Source of the DNA: Candidatus Poribacteria bacterium
GTDB taxonomy: Bacteria > Poribacteria > WGA-4E > PCPOR2b
DNA: 64,000 nucleotides
Direction: 5' to 3'
Assembly: GCA_965218095.1 (NCBI GenBank)
Contig: OZ244587.1
Coordinates: forward strand, 4,576,001 to 4,640,000
Positions within the stretch are counted from its first letter, which is position 1; each line of letters starts with the position of its first letter. The notes under the pieces are model-generated. The model worked only from the letters and a program-made list of their open reading frames with translations. It was not told where the DNA came from and did no database searches. Below, in pieces: positions 50,261 to 61,665 of the stretch. A program made the translations under genes and the position numbers.

Positions 50261-50423
50261 GTCAGTTTGCGCCGCCCCACCTGAACGGTTACCTTTAGAG
50301 ATGGTATTCTGCTTGACAAGGCATTGGGGGGTATAATAAAATGTTGAAAATCTGGAGTGGATTTGGATTAAACTCTCTATAGCATCGGATCTAGGAAGGA
50401 CAGCCAGCGAAGGAGACGACATC

Positions 50424-51078
50424 ATGGCGAAAATGAAGCGAACTGATGCGACAGCAAAGCGAAAGTGGAACGGAGTATCATTGATGTTCTCAAGGATGTT
50501 CCCGTTTTTGAGGAATTGAACAATCGCGAAATTCAAAACATCGCACGTATCGCCTATCGGCGACATTATAGTGCAGGAGAAGTTGTGATCCACGAAGGGC
50601 AAAATGCAGCGGGAATGTATATCATGATGGATGGAGAGGCGGAGGTTACTAAAGAATTTGAAGATGGTACAATTCTACACCTTACGACGTTAGAAGATAG
50701 CGGATTATTCGGTGACGTCGGGTTATTGGATAGGTCTGCACGGACAGCCACAGTCACAGCCACCCGCGACTCAAGCATTATCGGTTTGTTCCGACCGGAG
50801 CTCCTTCAGTTAATGGATTCGGATCCAAGGCTAGCATCCAAGGTCCTCTTTAAGCTTGCCAGATCCTCACTATGCGCCTTCGGTTTATACACAACGAATT
50901 TGAGAAAGCACAGGCAGAAATTGATCGTTTGAAGACACTGCTAACAGCGGCGTCGGATACAAAGGGCGAGGAGATAAGTGTGGTCTACAGTGAAACCCCT
51001 ATCCGCGCATCGAGGTTGGAGATTGAAGCACTTGATTGCATCAGGCCTGATGCAATCGAAGAGGAGGAAAACCGATGA
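50424..51078 (+). pseudogene. Cyclic-nucleotide-binding domain protein, frameshifted
   Basis: FGDVGLL..RTATV cNMP motif; frameshifts near 50450 and 50862. Confidence 0.75.
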
Positions 51079-52766
51079 ACGAATCTGCCAATCAGAATGC
51101 GACTCTGCATCAATCCACTGAGGAAGCGACTTCGCTCAAAGCAGTCGAGTCCTCCAGTCAGATCGAAGCAGACCAAGCATACGCGCAGACCACCGTACTT
51201 GCAAGAGAGACCGTCATTCCGTTGGCGCAAAATATCGAGGCGATGACGTCGGATATCCGGTTAATTGTCCGTGAAAGCCGTGACACAGACACGTCAAGCA
51301 CGGGTAATGAATGCCTCTTTGAAAATCATCGCTTTTGGCACAATGCTGATTTCACTTGCAATTCTCGTCGGCGTTGTCTACCTGCTCAAGGATATTCTTG
51401 CGCTGGTGGTGATTTCGTTTCTCATCGTCTATATATTAAGTCCGATTGTCGATATCATAGAGCGAAGAGGGGTTAACCGGACACTTGTGGTCATTATCAT
51501 GATGCTGTTAATTCTTAGCAGTTTTGCCTTTCTTTCAACAATGGCTGTGAGCAGTATCACCGGAAAATCACGAACTTCGGCAAAGATGTAAGAAATCTGT
51601 TACTGTTTAGTGTGGGATTGGACCTCGAAAATGATGTAGACCTTGGCAAAATCCCAGAGGATTTACGACAGCAGTTTGTGACTCACGGTGTCACACTTCC
51701 TCAAAATGCCATGATTTCCGTTGAAGAGGCAGGTAACAAATGGAAACTAGCCAATCCGCATAATAACCGGATATACAATGTCAGGAAAGAAGAAGGTCAA
51801 CTAAAGGTTTACAAAACGTTTGATCACCTTGTCGATACAGCCGCAACAGGGCTGAATCGAATACTAACATTCCTCCGCACCCCCGTCCTCAACTATCTTG
51901 AGGAGCGTGAAAGAGCCGAAGACAAGGTTAGAGCCTTTGAGAATATCCTCATCCAAGACGCTGACGTTCTCGACGAGGGTGATATGGTGATGCCACCGGC
52001 GACAACCGAGTCTGCGAATTCCAAAGAAGAAGTCGTCGATCGTGAACGGGTGGAGCACCTTGTCGAGCGGGCGCAAAAGAAAATTTCCGTATTTGTTATC
52101 GGACAATCTCAACAAATTATCAATGCGATTAGTAGCTCTGCGAAAGGCGTGTTTTCAGCTTTCACAACTGGTGTCATTATTCTATTCTTAACCTTTTTCC
52201 TGCTCAATGGCGGACAGCAGATGAAGAAAGCCTTCATTCAGATTGTGCCGAATCGTTTCTTTGAACCGGCCTAGTTGCTGATTGAGGAACTCGATCAGCA
52301 ACTAGGGGACTACCTTCGCAGCCGTTTGGTTCAAACAATTATACTCTCCATCCTTGCCGCAATTGGGTACTAGATCTTGGGATTACGGTTTGCAATCCTC
52401 CTTGGGATTATTGCTGGAATGGCGAATCTGATTCCCTATATTGGTCCGTTCATTGGGGCAATCCCTGCAATCATTGCTGTTTTCCTCGACGCCCGATTCG
52501 GGATCGGCTGGAGCCTGTTAGCCGTTATCATTTTGACGCTTGTGATACAGATCATCGATAACGCGATTATTACGCCACTGGTCATTGGCAAAAGTGTTGA
52601 GCTCGGTCCCGTAACAACAATTGTCGTGGTCTTGCTTGGCGACCAGTTACTCGGCTTAATCGGTTTGCTGATGGCGGTACCGATTGCCGCAATGTGCAAA
52701 TTAATCTTCCAGGAAGTATGGAGGCAGTTTAAGGGATATTCGCGATCGATTCTTCTGGGGCACTAA
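51075..52766 (+). pseudogene. AI-2E family transporter pseudogene
   Basis: YILSPIV, LIPYIGP, ITPLVIGKSV, MAVPIAA; frameshifts plus TAG 52272 and TAG near 52371. Confidence 0.85.
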
Positions 52767-52862
52767 ATGCGGATTGATAATAGGGCGTAACGATGATACA
52801 ATTCAATTACCGTACTGAAGATGAATTTTATCAGAATAGATGAGTAGAGGATTTAAAGACTC

Positions 52863-55499
52863 ATGACAGACATTCCAAAAACATATTCACCACACGACAT
52901 CGAAGAAAAATGGTACAAGTTCTGGCAGGACAAGGATTATTTCCATGCCGCCGACACATCCGAGAAGCCCCCTTACTCAATCGTAATTCCGCCGCCGAAT
53001 ATCACGGGGAGCCTGCATATTGGACACGCGCTCAATAATACATTGCAGGACACGCTCATCCGTTGGAGACGCATGCAGGGCTACAACACCCTCTGGATGC
53101 CGGGTACAGACCATGCGGGCATCGGCACAGAAATCATCATGGAAAAACAACTCGCCGGTTGGGGAACGAACCGTGATGAACTCGGACGTGAGAAATTCAT
53201 TGAGAAGATGTGGGGCTGGAAGGATGAAACGCACGCAACCATCATTGATCAGTTGGAGCAACTCGGTTGTTCCTGTGATTGGAAGCGTGAACGATTCACG
53301 ATGGATGAAGGGCTATCCAGGGCAGTCCGCACGGCATTTGTCAAACTCTACAACGAGGGCTTAATCTATCGCGGCACAAACTTGGTCAATTGGTGCCCAA
53401 ACTGCCGCACCGTCATTTCCGACCTTGAGGTTGAGCCGGTCGAGATCGACGGGAATTTCTATCACATCAAATACCCGATCAAGGATTCAGAGACGTTTGT
53501 TGAAATCGCAACAACGCGCCCGGAAACGATGCTTGGTGATACGGCGGTTGCTATCCACCCGGAAGATGGGCGTTACCAACACCTCATCGGCAAAACGGCA
53601 GTCTTACCGATTCTTGAGCGTCAACTTCCGATTATCGCAGATCCATATGTAGACCAGGAATTTGGTACGGGAGCATTGAAGGTCACGCCAGCACACGATC
53701 CAAACGACTACGAAATCGGTCAGCGGCATGAACTTGAGCAGGTCAACATACTTAATCCGGATGGCACATTGAATGAAAATGCGGGTGCAACGTATCAGGG
53801 CATGGATCGGCTTCAATGCCGCGAAGCCCTGGTCGAAGAGCTGCATGAACAGGGGTATCTGCTCAAAATTGTCCCACACAGACACGCGGTTGGACATCAT
53901 GAGCGATGTGACCGGATCATTGAACCCTATATCTCGTCGCAATGGTATCTCAATGTTAAGCCGCTTGCAGAATGCGCGATTGAAGCGACGAAGCGCGGTG
54001 AAATTGTATTTCTCCCGGAGCGTGAGGAAAGACGATTTTATCAATGGATGGAAAATATTGAGCCGTGGCCGATTTCCCGTCAACGCTGGTGGGGACACAA
54101 ACTCCCAATCTGGCACTGCGACGATTGCGACGAAATCACGGTGGCGGTGGCCCCACCTTCTCAGTGCTCTCACTGTGATTCTGAGAAGATTCGGCAAGAA
54201 GAGGAGGTTCTCGATACATGGTTCAGCTCGGGACTCTGGCCCTTCTCGACAATGGGCTGGCCCGATGATACGGAGCTCCTCAAGACTTTCTATCCGACCT
54301 CTGTATTGGTGACTGCGTGGGACATCCTCTTCTTCTGGGTCGCCCGGATGACGATGTTCGGGCTCCAGTGTATGGACGAAGTCCCGTTTCGTTGCGTCTA
54401 TCTCCATGCATTGGTTGCGGATGAACATGGGCAGAAACAGAGTAAGTCGAAAGGTAACGCGATTGACCCTGTGCCAACCATCCACAAGTACGGTGCCGAT
54501 GTGTTTCGCTTCGCGCTTGTATTCTCCGCTGTGCCCAATCCATATATTGCGTTGGCTGAATCCCAAATTGAGGCAGGAAAGCGGTTCGCCAACAAGATCT
54601 GGAATGCCTCTCGATTCTTGCTCATGAATCTTGACGACTTTCAGCCCGCACCGCCAACCTCCCTCAGCTTGTGCGATCGGTGGATTCGTAGCTGTTTCAA
54701 CGCAACCGTGCAGAATGTGACGACATACCTTGAGCAGTTTCGTTTCAGTGATGCAGCACACTGCCTCTATGAGTTTCTCTGGCACGAGTTCTGTGACTGG
54801 TATATCGAGCTGATTAAGCAGCGGTTATATTACTCCACGGATGCGACAGCGAAGCACACAGCGCAAACGATCGCGGGCGAAATCCTCGAAGGCACCATGC
54901 GTTTGTTGCACCCGATTATGCCGTTCATCACCGAAGAGATCTGGGGTCGGCTGCCACATAAAGGTAAGAGCATTGTCGTCGCCCCCTGGCCAGAGCCAAA
55001 TGGAGAGTGGGAAGATGAACAAGCAGCGGATGTGATGAAAACAATCATGACTGTTATCGAGGCCATCCGCAGCATCCGCGGCGAGATGAATGTCCCGCCG
55101 TCTAGCGAAATCGAGATCTTGATCCAAGCACCTGACCCCGCAATTCGTGCTCTTCTGGATGAACACTTGCAAGAATATCTTCCGGCGTTTACACGCTTTT
55201 CACGAATCTCTATCGCGGAACATCAAGATAGGCCCGATGCAGCAGCCGCAGCGGTGATTGGAGATACAGTAATCTATATCCCGCTCGCGGAGATCATTGA
55301 TATCGAAGCGGAAAAGGCACGCTTGCGGAAACGGTTGGACAAAGTTATCAAAGATCTTACCGGCACGCAGAAAACCCTCAACAATCCGGCGTTCATCGAA
55401 CGTGCGCCAAAAGCGGTTGTCGAACAGAAACACGCTCGACTTGCAGAACTCGAATCGGAGAAAGAGAAGTTAGAAGCGAATTTGGAAATGTTGAGGTGA
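52863..55499 (+). CDS. valS: Valine--tRNA ligase
   Basis: PPPNITGSLHIGH, GTDHAG, DTWFSS, KQSKS, C-terminal coiled coil. Confidence 0.97.
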   Translation: MTDIPKTYSPHDIEEKWYKFWQDKDYFHAADTSEKPPYSIVIPPPNITGSLHIGHALNNTLQDTLIRWRRMQGYNTLWMPGTDHAGIGTEIIMEKQLAGWGTNRDELGREKFIEKMWGWKDETHATIIDQLEQLGCSCDWKRERFTMDEGLSRAVRTAFVKLYNEGLIYRGTNLVNWCPNCRTVISDLEVEPVEIDGNFYHIKYPIKDSETFVEIATTRPETMLGDTAVAIHPEDGRYQHLIGKTAVLPILERQLPIIADPYVDQEFGTGALKVTPAHDPNDYEIGQRHELEQVNILNPDGTLNENAGATYQGMDRLQCREALVEELHEQGYLLKIVPHRHAVGHHERCDRIIEPYISSQWYLNVKPLAECAIEATKRGEIVFLPEREERRFYQWMENIEPWPISRQRWWGHKLPIWHCDDCDEITVAVAPPSQCSHCDSEKIRQEEEVLDTWFSSGLWPFSTMGWPDDTELLKTFYPTSVLVTAWDILFFWVARMTMFGLQCMDEVPFRCVYLHALVADEHGQKQSKSKGNAIDPVPTIHKYGADVFRFALVFSAVPNPYIALAESQIEAGKRFANKIWNASRFLLMNLDDFQPAPPTSLSLCDRWIRSCFNATVQNVTTYLEQFRFSDAAHCLYEFLWHEFCDWYIELIKQRLYYSTDATAKHTAQTIAGEILEGTMRLLHPIMPFITEEIWGRLPHKGKSIVVAPWPEPNGEWEDEQAADVMKTIMTVIEAIRSIRGEMNVPPSSEIEILIQAPDPAIRALLDEHLQEYLPAFTRFSRISIAEHQDRPDAAAAAVIGDTVIYIPLAEIIDIEAEKARLRKRLDKVIKDLTGTQKTLNNPAFIERAPKAVVEQKHARLAELESEKEKLEANLEMLR

Positions 55500-55600
55500 A
55501 ACCTGATCGGTAACTTTGTCGAGAACCTGACGAAATTATCGACAGAAAGACGCCTGGTTGGTAATGCGTAAATTTTACAATCGGAACAGCGGACAAAATC

Positions 55601-55977
55601 ATGGGGCGAATTATTAAAACGACTGAAATTGAGAGGCAGCCGGCTGTCGCTCTGTTCGACGGCGGAGCGGTGTACACTTAGTCTGTTCCCCTCTGGTGCA
55701 GAATGTGCCCAGGAAGTCAGTGAGCCGGCCAGTTCGCGTGACTTTAGAGGGGCAAGGGATTGACATTCGGGAACTATGCTTCATCGAAGGAAAAATCGGG
55801 GGACTGGACTTTTTTGCTGATGTGGTTCCTGCCGCCAAACTGGGTTAGGCGGATGGCCACAATTTGGACACGATCATCGGAGCGCTCACAATGGAAAGGT
55901 GGGAGATCAAACTTGACCTCAAAAACGGCACGCTGGATTTGGAAGGGCTTCTGCGTCGGGCGTTCACCGGATTTTGA
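55601..55977 (+). pseudogene. Retropepsin-like aspartic protease pseudogene
   Basis: Manual translation MGRIIKT..ALFDGGA (degenerate DTGA)..IIGALTMERWEIKLD..; stops and frameshift. Confidence 0.6.
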
Positions 55978-56027
55978 ACATTTGCGTGGATCGATGGTCA
56001 GATTAGGAGACGTTCAACAGCGTATGA

Positions 56028-56564
56028 TTACGCCTCACGCAGCTTAATCGTGAGCGCTTCCTTGTAAGCTGTCACCGCCTCACGACGTTGCCCTTGCGCT
56101 GCATAAGCAGACCCGAGTCGAGAATACGCTTCAGCGTTATTCGGTGCCAGCGCAATCGTCTGTTGATAGGATTGAATCGCCTCATCGTAACGTTCGAGCA
56201 ACTGGCAGACAAGTCCTAGATTCAGGTGAATGGCCGGATCGCTAGGTTCACAGACAATTGCCCGTTTGTACGAAGCCACCGCGTTATCATAATCCCCAAC
56301 CATGAAATAGCTCAAACCAAGATAGAAATGCCCATCCGCGGATTCTCGATTGTGCTGCAACGCCTCTTGGAATGCCCCAATTGCCCTCTGATAATCTTTT
56401 GCATTCAGTGCTGCAACCGCCCGATCGAGGTGTTCTGCTGCGGCTTGATCGGATTATATATATGCTTGACCCCGCTGAATCAGATCTTCCTGGGATATAC
56501 CCTTCGTTATCGTATCATCAGAGGAGATTAAGGCGTGGTCTGGATCTTCTTTGCGATTTTTCAT
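56028..56564 (-). pseudogene. TPR protein with one in-frame TAA (56454-56456)
   Basis: ATG overlaps the upstream stop (ATGA); frame continues into TPR repeats. Confidence 0.75.
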
Positions 56565-57685
56565 GTTTTGATGATCTCCACATTTGCGCGCGGTAGGGTA
56601 ATGTAACTTCCATCCGCCAGTTCAACCTCCAACACGCGAACCTTTGCTTCGGTTTCAAGCTGTTGAAGTTTGACCGGCAGGGCGGAAACCCGTCCTAGCT
56701 GTCCGAAATAGGGTTCACGGATAATGCGAATTGGCGTTCCGATATTGAGTTCAACCCCGCTGGCGGTTTCTTTTTCCATCATTTGCTTGTGCGGCTGGAA
56801 GGGAATGACGATCTCCGGACGCAGAACACCGGCTCGAATCTGTGTTGCACCATTGATCGAAGCGGTCATGCCTTCTCGTTCCTTGAGGAGATTGAAGGTT
56901 CGTGATGCTATACCGATCTCTCCAAACCCTTCTGTGATGATGAGCGTAATCCCAAGCGTTTCTGAACCTGTAATTGCGACGCCGAGCTCGTAGCCCAACA
57001 GGTCGCGGAGATCGCTGTCATGAATACCCCCCACAATCAGCCCCTTGACGCCCTGGTGAATCGCCTCCTGGATGGTGTCATTCCGAACGACAGAACCGCC
57101 GAGGAGGATCTTGTCCTGATGCGCTGGTCGAATGAGATCGGGTGTTAATGGGGCATCCGGCGAATCCGCCACGACTTCAAGCCTGCCGACCGTCTCCCCG
57201 CCGACGCCGAAGATCCCTTGAATGTACGTCCCATAAGTTTCCACGACTGCCCCTTCGTTGGGGACAACCTCGACAATTAATCCCTCAACATAACCCTTGA
57301 CATTGATGGGGATTGGCGCTTCACGAAGGACTGCCTGTCCTGTTACATCGGAAATGCTTTCGATTGTCCCATCAATTGGGGCTCGTACTTGCGATTTGAA
57401 GAGTCCAAAAAAGCCCTTTGTCGTTGCGAGGAGCTCATCTTTCTCGACGGTTTCTCCCTCTTTTTTGAGCATGTAGTCCTTTACATCTCCGGGGGGAATA
57501 CTCAGTAAATTTGTGATATTCACAAGCTGAACATTTCCCGGCAGATCTGCTTTTGCAACAACACCTTCTGCTTCGACTTTATCCCCCACTTGAACGATCA
57601 CTTCTCCTTCGATTGGGAGCCGGCGCTCAACCTGTATTGTTATGTCTGCCGCAACTTTGAGTCCGGGAGTATATGCGTGCGCCAT
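56561..57685 (-). CDS. Conserved hypothetical protein (barrel-sandwich hybrid motifs, C-terminal KOW-like)
   Basis: MAHAYTPGLKV, QGIFGVGGE, GATQIRAGVLRPE, PRANVE. Confidence 0.75.
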   Translation of the reverse strand: MAHAYTPGLKVAADITIQVERRLPIEGEVIVQVGDKVEAEGVVAKADLPGNVQLVNITNLLSIPPGDVKDYMLKKEGETVEKDELLATTKGFFGLFKSQVRAPIDGTIESISDVTGQAVLREAPIPINVKGYVEGLIVEVVPNEGAVVETYGTYIQGIFGVGGETVGRLEVVADSPDAPLTPDLIRPAHQDKILLGGSVVRNDTIQEAIHQGVKGLIVGGIHDSDLRDLLGYELGVAITGSETLGITLIITEGFGEIGIASRTFNLLKEREGMTASINGATQIRAGVLRPEIVIPFQPHKQMMEKETASGVELNIGTPIRIIREPYFGQLGRVSALPVKLQQLETEAKVRVLEVELADGSYITLPRANVEIIKT

Positions 57686-57930
57686 AAATTAAACCTCTTA
57701 GGTGAAATGCAAGACGTATTGCGTAATGTGTGACGCGCAAGAATCGGCGAAATGGAAGATCACCTTTATGATAGCAGATTCCCTTTCAAAAGACAACGCA
57801 ATTTCGATAGCGAGGAAATCGCTTGCCTTCATGCTTGATCGGGGTTATACTTCATTAGCATTTTTCGGAATTTGTGTAATGGTCAACAGGATGATAGACA
57901 CTTTTGCTCACCAAATCTAAGCGACAAATC

Positions 57931-57990
57931 GTAGGGTGGGCACTGCCCATCGCGTGCTTCGGTGCTTTTGGTGGGCGGTGCCCACCCTAC
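57931..57990. repeat. GTAG-family REP doublet (REPIN)
   Basis: GTAGGGTGGGCACTGCCCA ... TGGGCGGTGCCCACCCTAC inverted pair. Confidence 0.85.
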
Positions 57991-58069
57991 AAGGAATGAT
58001 GTCTACCATCTTCCTGACCAATACAATTTTTCGGAATTTGCTTATTTCTCCCTTGATAAGGAGGTTACC

Positions 58070-60694
58070 TTGCGACAAAAATATCGTTCTGTTTTCATTG
58101 GAATTGTCGGCATATTACTGATAGCTACGCCAACGCAATCACAGATTATCAGCCCAGAGGAAGCAATCGGCTTTCCTGTCGGGTCAGATTACAAGTTAGC
58201 ACGTTGGGAGGCGATCATCGGCTATCTGCGATCGCTGGCAGCACACGCTGATCGGGTAATGCTGGAAGACCGCGGCAAAACCACCGAAGGACTCGATTTT
58301 GTGTTAGCGCTGATCTCTTCGCCGAGAAATTTGGCGAACCTTGACCATTACAAAGCCATTCAGCGAAAACTTGCTGATCCGCGTGGGCTGGACGTAGCAG
58401 AGTTAGAGCGCCTTTCCCAAGAGGGAAAAGCGGTTGTCATGATCAATTGCAACCTGCATTCGACAGAGATTGCGTCATCACAGATGTCGATGGAGCTGGC
58501 TTATCAATTGGCGACGGAAGACACGCCGCAGGTCAAAGAAATTTTGGAAAACGTGATGATCCTGCTCATTCCTTCCGCGAATCCCGATGGACTGAACATG
58601 GTCGTCGATTGGTACAATCGCACCGTCGGTACGCCGTATGAGGGTTCGCCGATGCCCTGGCTCTACCACAAATACGCGGGGCACGATAACAACCGGGATT
58701 GGTTTATGCTGACGCAGGTTGAATCGCAGATTCTGACTAGGATACTCTATGAAGAGTGGTTTCCTGAAGTTATCTACGATGTCCACCAGATGGGGAATGC
58801 GGGGGCGCGGTTCGTCATCCCCCCTTATTTTGACCCCGTCAATCCAAATATCCACCCTCTCTTGCAGCGTGAACTTTCCCTAATCGGCGCACAAATGGCG
58901 TTAGATCTCACTTCGCAGGGGTTCACCGGCGTGCTGTCCAATGCGGTATATGATACATGGTGGCACGGCGGATTCCGCACGGCGCCGTATCGTCACAACA
59001 TGGTGGGCATCTTGACAGAGGCCGCAAGTGTCAACATCGCTTCGCCGATCTTTCAACCTAGATCCAGTTTGCAGGGGCATCAACGCGGTTTGAGCAGATA
59101 CGCGCAACAGACTAACTTTCCTGAGCCGTGGCCAGGGGGCTGGTGGCGGTTACGCGACATCATTGATTACGAGAAAACGGCGGTGTATTCGATCCTTTCA
59201 CTCGTTGCCAAACAGAAAGCGTTGTTTCTCTCGAATTTTTACAAGATGGGATTGCGCGCAGTCGAAAAGGGAAGGCATGAACCGCCTCGCGCCTTTCTCG
59301 TGCCGGCGGAGCAGCGGGATGCCAATACCATGCTCAAGATGTTGGCACTCTTACAGCGAGGCGGCGTGGGAATCCATCAGGCAAACGCGGATTTCACAGC
59401 CGATGGGGTCGAATACCCCCAGGGCGCTTACGTCATCTCGATGGCGCAGCCGTTTCGCGCACATGCCAAAGATCTCCTTGAGGTGCAGCATTATCCCCAA
59501 CGCCGCGTGTCACCGGGAGCGTCGCCCGAACGTCCGTATGACATCGCTGGCTGGACGCTGCCGCTGCAGATGGGCGTCAGGACCATCACGGTGGTCAGCG
59601 AATTTCAGGTGGATCTGACGCTTGTCGAAGACTTGCCTGCAGCAGAAGGTAGACTCCATGTTGGGGATGCCGATCTCTGGGAAGGTTCGGAACCAATTGT
59701 GTATCTGTTCAAAAATCAGACGAATTCGGGGGCAATCGCTCTCAATCGATTGCTCCAAAGAGAGGAATATACGCTCCGCCAGTCGCCATCAAAATTTATC
59801 GTTAAAGACCAGCATTTTCCCCGCGGATCAATCTTCATTACATCAGACCTGGGAACAGATGTTGTGTCTGCAGAGCTGCGTGACCTCGCCGAGTCGCTTG
59901 GCATCGAGCTCTATGCGTTTAACCATCAACCACTGGAGATGCCAAAGGCGCATTTAATGTTGCCGCGTCTAGGGCTTTACAAGCCTTGGGTGGCGAACAT
60001 CGATGAGGGGTGGACACGATTTGTACTGGAACAACACGAGTTCCCCTATCGCAATCTGACAGATGCCGAGATTCGCGCTGGAAATTTAGCTGAGCAGTAC
60101 AATGTGATCATTCTGCCTGACATGAAGGTGTCAATGATGATCAACGGTCACGCTGATGGCAGTCTACCCCCAGAGTATGTCGGGGGGATTGGATTGGAGG
60201 GTACAGCGAACCTCCGCACGTTTGTTGAGGAGGGTGGAACGCTTATCTGTTTGAACGGGGCGACAGAGCTACCCACGGAATATTTCGGACTGGAAATCAC
60301 CAACGTCCTCGATTCATCAAACCAATCGAACCAGAACCAATCTAAGGGAAAGGGGTTTTTCTGCCCCGGTTCGCTGCTGCGTGTTTTCGTCGAGACGACC
60401 CACCCAATCGGCTACGGGCTCGAACGGGAGATGGCAGTATTTTTCAAGTCAGGTCCGGCGTTTGAGGTAAGAGGTGGGAAAAAGGTTGCCTCCTATCCCG
60501 ACTTCAATCCGTTAATGAGTGGCTGGATCGAGGGAGATAAACGCATTCGTGGGAAAGGGGCGCTCTGGGATGTCAATCTGGGTAAAGGGCATGTCATCTT
60601 GTTTGGCTTTAAGCCGCAGCATCGCGGTCAATCGCACGGGACGTTTAAGCTGTTGTTTAATGCGATCTACTATAGTGTTGTTGAACGCCAGTGA
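58070..60694 (+). CDS. M14 zinc carboxypeptidase with C-terminal GATase-like domain
   Basis: HSTE, NPDG, HDNNRD, DVHQM, YDIAGWTLP; RBS AAGGAGG before TTG. Confidence 0.9.
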   Translation: MRQKYRSVFIGIVGILLIATPTQSQIISPEEAIGFPVGSDYKLARWEAIIGYLRSLAAHADRVMLEDRGKTTEGLDFVLALISSPRNLANLDHYKAIQRKLADPRGLDVAELERLSQEGKAVVMINCNLHSTEIASSQMSMELAYQLATEDTPQVKEILENVMILLIPSANPDGLNMVVDWYNRTVGTPYEGSPMPWLYHKYAGHDNNRDWFMLTQVESQILTRILYEEWFPEVIYDVHQMGNAGARFVIPPYFDPVNPNIHPLLQRELSLIGAQMALDLTSQGFTGVLSNAVYDTWWHGGFRTAPYRHNMVGILTEAASVNIASPIFQPRSSLQGHQRGLSRYAQQTNFPEPWPGGWWRLRDIIDYEKTAVYSILSLVAKQKALFLSNFYKMGLRAVEKGRHEPPRAFLVPAEQRDANTMLKMLALLQRGGVGIHQANADFTADGVEYPQGAYVISMAQPFRAHAKDLLEVQHYPQRRVSPGASPERPYDIAGWTLPLQMGVRTITVVSEFQVDLTLVEDLPAAEGRLHVGDADLWEGSEPIVYLFKNQTNSGAIALNRLLQREEYTLRQSPSKFIVKDQHFPRGSIFITSDLGTDVVSAELRDLAESLGIELYAFNHQPLEMPKAHLMLPRLGLYKPWVANIDEGWTRFVLEQHEFPYRNLTDAEIRAGNLAEQYNVIILPDMKVSMMINGHADGSLPPEYVGGIGLEGTANLRTFVEEGGTLICLNGATELPTEYFGLEITNVLDSSNQSNQNQSKGKGFFCPGSLLRVFVETTHPIGYGLEREMAVFFKSGPAFEVRGGKKVASYPDFNPLMSGWIEGDKRIRGKGALWDVNLGKGHVILFGFKPQHRGQSHGTFKLLFNAIYYSVVERQ

Positions 60695-60842
60695 ATTCGG
60701 AAGTTCACAGTTTTCGCCTTCAATGCTCCGTCGGATTGCTAACTCCGACGGTTCTGGCGTGGATTTGGCAATTGCTTGCATCCCAATCGGGGCCACGCCG
60801 AGCATTTTCCAGACCTGTCAAGTGAACGTCTGTCAGAGCGAT

Positions 60843-61510
60843 TCAGACCCGCTCCGGAAATTCCTTACCTCGGATGCGCATAAAACGAAAAGCACCCGGC
60901 GGCTTTCCGCATTCAGTCCGGAGACGTGATTCCTCATCGTCAATCCCAAGGTACTTCGTCTCGGCGCGGATATAGTGCAGCGCCAGACCGCGGCGACGGT
61001 TCGGCGTTGGATTGGCGCCGGTCCGGTGGAAGTTCAGACTGTGGTGGAATATGCAGCGCCCAGCCTTCAACTCCACAGGCGCCGGACTGACAATCTCCGG
61101 GTCAGCGAGGAATGTCTGCTTATACTCACGCGCGACGGGGCTCCACTTGTGACTGCCCGGGATGACGGTCATACAGCCGTTTTCGACGGTGGTGTCGTCC
61201 AATGCAACCTAACAGGTCACATGATCTTGCGGCACGAAAAAAGGCCAAGCGAGTGAGTCCTGGTGCCAGTCGGTAACGGTTCCATTATAACGGGGCTTCA
61301 TCATCAGTTGGTCGGTGTGGTTGTATCTTTACCGTCCTGGAAAGCCGCTTCAAGCTGGATGTAGCGCGGCGGCAGGTGGGTGAGCCGTCCTTCAGCAATA
61401 TCCTCGCTGCGTTGACACAGTACCTCCAATTCCTCGTCAGACAGCACGCGCTTGTAAGGCAAATAACCGTACTTCTGGAAAAACGCTTTCTGATCGGCCA
61501 TAAGCGTCAT
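60843..61510 (-). pseudogene. PhyH family dioxygenase pseudogene (internal deletion/frameshift)
   Basis: N-terminus FFQKYGYL; WHQD at ~61260; ENGCM..PGSH..FHRTGAN spread over different frames. Confidence 0.8.
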
Positions 61511-61665
61511 AATGGGTCTCCTTGTTACCACAAGCTAAATCGCAATCAATTTTGCCTTGACATATTACCGCAACACTTATTTCACTGATTTGAGGTAATT
61601 TGACTTTGGTAAATTAAAAAGCGCTCATCGGCCAAAGTCAAGGTAAGACGTGGATCATATTGTTC

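Noticed and set aside
36782-56564. Genome-wide reassignment of TAG/TAA to Gln or TGA to Trp/Gly
   Set aside because: Conserved genes end normally with all three stops (tig TAA, smpB TAG, valS TGA), and most interrupted genes also have frameshifts
57962-58069. N-terminal extensions of M14 peptidase, AKR (62740-63063) and Gfo (48876-48995) in the ORF track
   Set aside because: They run through REP or heptamer repeats; better RBS-linked starts lie downstream
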